A stretch of 40,812 nucleotides of DNA from Octopus bimaculoides (lineage: Eukaryota): assembly GCF_001194135.2 (NCBI RefSeq), contig NC_068982.1:173650465-173691276 (forward strand), read 5' to 3'. The translations under genes and the position numbers were made by a program. Every line of letters begins with the position of its first letter. Within the stretch, counting starts at the first letter, position 1. Of the stretch, positions 36,133-40,812 are shown piece by piece. The notes beneath the pieces were generated by a model that was given only the letters and a program-made list of their open reading frames with translations, ran no database searches and had not been told where the DNA came from.

Positions 36133-38190
36133 ACTCACACACACACACACATTCATACACACATACATATACACACACACACACGGGTATATGTAAAGCA
36201 CATTTGAATATACTAAAGAATATATTTAGCAAATTAGAAATCTTTTTATAAGAAGTCAAAAATAATTCTTTGTCGAGAGAAATATTTAAAAATAAACTAG
36301 AGTACTTATCCAGGGAGAATAATCTTGTTGAGAATCTGTTTAGACTTTCCATCTGTTTCCTCATTGACGCCCCTGCAATAGTGACATTTACACTACAGTA
36401 TCTCTGACAGAATCTAGTCCTTGTATTAACTTCATTATAACGGCACGCATCATTTGTTTTACTTACTATATTCTTCTCCTTTACTGTAATAGCAACAAGA
36501 ATATATGGAGAACTGTTAATTTTTGAAATCTCGAATGCACTCCATAAACTTTACTACATGTGAAATTGCATTTGTCAAGTGTAGTTGTAATCCTAATCTT
36601 TCCTATATTTATATCCTCAATGGTGGCTTCAGTATTGTGATGACAGCTAAAAAAAGAAAGTGAAGTGACGGCAGGAAGAATGATTGAGCATGTAAGAGCA
36701 TGAGTACTACACTGCTGTTTGCGAGTTACACTACTGTATCCTGGTTGAAATTCTGAAACTGTATTGCTTCTAATGATGACGGTATCTGAAGCCACGTCAG
36801 CGATCTGAATATTTAGTCCCACCAAAGAAAGTAGGCAGACAATTTGGTGCCGCCAAAAAATGCTTCATTTCGGTTACAAGACGTCCTAGCAAGCTGGGTG
36901 TATATCTGAAGAAAATACTGTTAATGTTTTGTAAATATAAAGCACAGAGGACTGACGGTCTACATTAGAGCAAATATTATATAGAGAATGAAGATTTGTT
37001 GCAAACACTACAATATAAAACAAACAGCCCCACTGCATGGTTCTGCTTTCCTGTCGCGTTGTGTGTTACCAGACTATATAAAATAGACAATACATTTTTG
37101 TAATGCTAACAGCACTTGCTTCGGCCAACGGTATCTACCACCAGGCGAGAATGAGGAAGAAAGTGGGGAAATAGAAGTAAAGTAAAAGAGAATACACTGA
37201 TAATGGAAACAGAATATTAAACCAATGTTATGCTGATGATCAGTAGAAGAAGTTGGAGGATCACTAGCAGTGCAAAATACATGCAAAGAGAAAAGCGTTG
37301 TAACAATAAAACCACAAGTGGGACAAGAAAATAGCTATATGAAGCAAAAGAACACACATAAGAGAAAGTCGGAGAATTAGAGAGAAAGTGAAGGGATATA
37401 GAAAGCTGGAGAGAGAATGAGAGAGAGTGTGGAGAGAGTGAGTGACAAGGAAGCAGAGTACTGAACCAAGAATAGCATGACAAATAGTTTGGTAGCATTT
37501 TACAGTACAGAGGTCGAATTTTCGCCACAAATGAGAAGTGGTGAACGAATGAAGTTTTGATAATGACATTACACAAGTATTTTCTTATCTCCTATTTAAA
37601 TAAAGATTCAAGAAACTTCCGGAAACACCCGACTTTCAGATTATACCATCGTTTTACCAGACTTCCTCTTGTATATTTAAATATAATGGTCGAAATATCG
37701 CTGTAAACGGCGTCACCAATAACAACATCAGCAGCCACAACTATAACAACACAAACAACAAAAAGACATTACACCACTACCAAAACCGTCGACAAGAACA
37801 ACAACAACAACAATAACAACAACTATAAATACAACAACAGCAGCCGCAGCCATTTTCTTCTTTTCCTTTTTGTGAGAAAGACTATTAATTCTCCCAACGT
37901 TTGTCTCGTGCACTATGGGTGGTGGAATTCAGCACAAACATGTGTATCCGGACATTTTCTGCCACCTAACTCTGTTATTTTTATAAAGAAACACCGGAAA
38001 TAAGTGTTCAAAACCTTTCCACAGCTGCAGCCATAAAACAAAACCAAAAGAAAAAAAATGAATTGGAAATTAGGGATCTGTGAGATATAAAAATATCTGT
38101 TAAAATAATTTCGAAAAAAAAACAACTAAAAATTATTAATATTCGGCAACTGAAAAGAAGTGGATTTGTAGCAACGCTAAAGTACAAGGC

Positions 38191-38266
38191 AAAATACCTC
38201 CTGATGATTGAACGATGCTCTTCTACGTGACCAAAGTTCGAAACCTGGTGACAGGTAGCTATTTTT
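38191..38266 (+). ncRNA. Degenerate type I hammerhead ribozyme motif
   Basis: CTGATGA (38201-38207), GAAC..GTTC stem II offset by 2 nt, GAAAC (38240-38244), stem III ACCTG-gtga-CAGGT, GTA cleavage triplet, and an imperfect stem I (aaaata/tatttt). Confidence 0.5.
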
Positions 38267-40772
38267 TTCTTCTCCGAAGCCTGCATAAAATAGTGAAATG
38301 TAGTTGTAATATGTTAATATCGATTCAAACAACAACACTTGTTTGAAAATGTGCGATCAGAGTTAGAAAAGAATATAGATGACTGGTAGAGTGTCTGGAT
38401 TGCATTAGAGATATTATATTTCCAGGCGAGTAACAAATGTGGAGTGAAGTGTTTAAAACACATTCTAGTAGAATATGAGAAACGTTAATAGTTAGGAATC
38501 TCTAATCTAGTGTGCAAAACTGCGAAGTGTTTTATGACTATTTTGACTTATTCCTCCGATACTATATTTCAGGACGGTCATTTGTTCTTGACAAATAAAC
38601 GTACACACTATATATTCGTTCTCCACTTGTTTATAACTATTTTTATTTTATTGTCTGGAAATCTTTCGTCACACACCTGTGACTTCTTCAGCGACATTCC
38701 CTCCCACGTGTCTCCTTCTGTTCCATTTAATCCATTATGTCTTTTTGTATTTCAGGTTGTAGCTAAAAAAAATTGATGGAAGGTGGGTCTCATTAAACCG
38801 AGTTACTCTTGCAATCAAACCGACGAAATGCTTCTACGGAGTCGACCTGTTAGAAAACATAGCGAAATATCCCTTAAACCATACCCTACTGCTGTGAAAA
38901 ATTATAATGAAGTTCTTGATATGTAAAAGAGACATACTGATCTCTGCTGAAAAGCATTAGATCATAGATCTCAGCCTAGATCCACTTTATACAACATATG
39001 AAGATATCATATGTGAACCAACAAAAGATCTTGTAACGTGCCCATTTCACCTGCTAGAAATAACCGACAAATTTCGCTTAAATCACGGTGTAACGGTTTT
39101 AAAACGGTTGGCTGATAATGCCCTGGGTTCTCTGCACATAAGAATATGAAGGCTGTTTAGGGCTGGAATGTTTTTGATCATTGGTTCACTCGATCACATC
39201 TGACCTGGAGCTAAATGATAATTCAAAAGACGACTTTTAGTAAATGAATTGACAAGTGATTAAGAGTCGTCAGACCTTAATGTATATTTATTGCCATCGG
39301 TGCATAGGAACTTGAACTAATTGCTGACGATTCACAGTCCATTGCTGCACAAATTTTAAGGGTAAGACATAACTTTCACCGTCTCAGTCCACCTTGCTAA
39401 AAATACATACTATATATAGGTGTGTAAGTCAACTGTGTAAATGAATTAAAACTGGGTTTTAACTAATTTGTAGTTGAAAGAAGTTATTCAAGTTCTATAT
39501 ATTGTCATAACTATCTACATTTTTACACCAATTCTTGTTTGTATTTCTTATTAAGTATACTGAAGACTATGTAATTATTTAACTTAGCAGGGCGTACGGT
39601 AAATTAAATATTTATCCTATCTAAGTTACAGCTATTTATCTTATCAACAGATACAACAAAAGGAATTTCAGATTCACTAGTCGATTATTTATCTATTCGG
39701 ATGCTTCCATGTTATCTACCACTCCCCTTATATAACAGAATAATTTTGTTTTTGTAATATTCCTGCTTTTCTTCGAACACATCGCTTTAGAACAGTTTCT
39801 AGGACCATGTTGTGGTTTCTAATTAATAACCACACGAAAGCATAAAATGGAAATTACAGTAAAACGAAATACCCTGCAGCGTTTAGTTGTACCATTTACG
39901 TTCAAATCCCACAGAGATCTGCTCCAACTTTCATTCCCCGTGGTCAATAGAATGAGTACTAGGCAACCTGAAAAGTTTTAACCCTGTGTCAAAATTAAAA
40001 AATCAATACGCAAACCGTATGAAAACAAACGTGGATAAAGTGCAAGAAAGTATAACAAAGAAAACGGCAGAGCAATACCGCCAGCTCTTTTCCGACCAAT
40101 CCAATAAATGATTAATGGTGTAATTAAAGCCAAACAAGAAGCAAGAAACATAATAATATAAAATATTTAGGAACATTTCCAAAGGATATGAAGTTCAGAT
40201 CTATTAACCCGAAATGCCTTAAGGAAATTTGTAGACGAAAGAGTAAACATTGTTTTGGCGCACGATGTAAACATCACTCATAAATTTCTTTCTCAAATAT
40301 TGATTTGCAAATAAGAAAAAAAAAATTTAATTTATTAAAAATGGCGAATAATCTTGTGAAACGTTCACAATTTTCTAAAACGCTACGACAGCATGACACC
40401 ATCAATGTTTCATATAGAAGGTGAAGCTGTGAAAGTCTTGAAACTATAAAGAACTTTAGAACATTATTGTTCCAATCTAGACATGAAGTACTAATACGGA
40501 ATCACGATTAATCAGTATTAAACAAAAAACATTATACTCCAGATACAGGTGCATGCTCATTAAAATATGTTAGAAAGAAATTCTGCTCTCTAGTTACTTG
40601 GAGGCATGAATACATGTTCCGGTAATGACTAACTGCATGTGACATGTGGGACTCTGATTCGGAAATTCCAGGGTTTTATGGCAGTGTGAAACCATTTGCT
40701 AGCCACAATTGTTTGTATACATACATATACACATATACATACACACATATATATACATACATATATTGATAC

Positions 40773-40812
<40 letters not shown>

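Noticed and set aside
38756-38782. Plus-strand segment with a strong acceptor and a plausible donor
   Set aside because: Stop codons occur in all three frames; it could only be a UTR exon and nothing supports that.

Overview
AT-rich eukaryotic, repeat-dominated DNA with about 10% N gaps and many microsatellites. The SINE families look like those of octopus (inferred from remembered repeat sequences, not searched). No protein-coding gene can be called with confidence, and nearly all listed ORFs are microsatellite, gap or SINE artefacts. The best-supported content is mobile DNA: about 20 copies of two tRNA-derived SINE families, a third SINE with a perfect 13-bp TSD, two R4/Dong-type LINE fragments (RLE domain) tied to (TAA)n, two decayed mariner transposases, a 174-bp hAT-like MITE, and a MITE with 40-bp TIRs, a 6-bp TSD and internal (TAACCC)n nested inside SINEs. 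The most interesting signals are degenerate type I hammerhead-ribozyme motifs, one inside a Penelope-like inverted repeat, and weak minus-strand exon candidates, one with a Ly6/GPI-like C-terminus.
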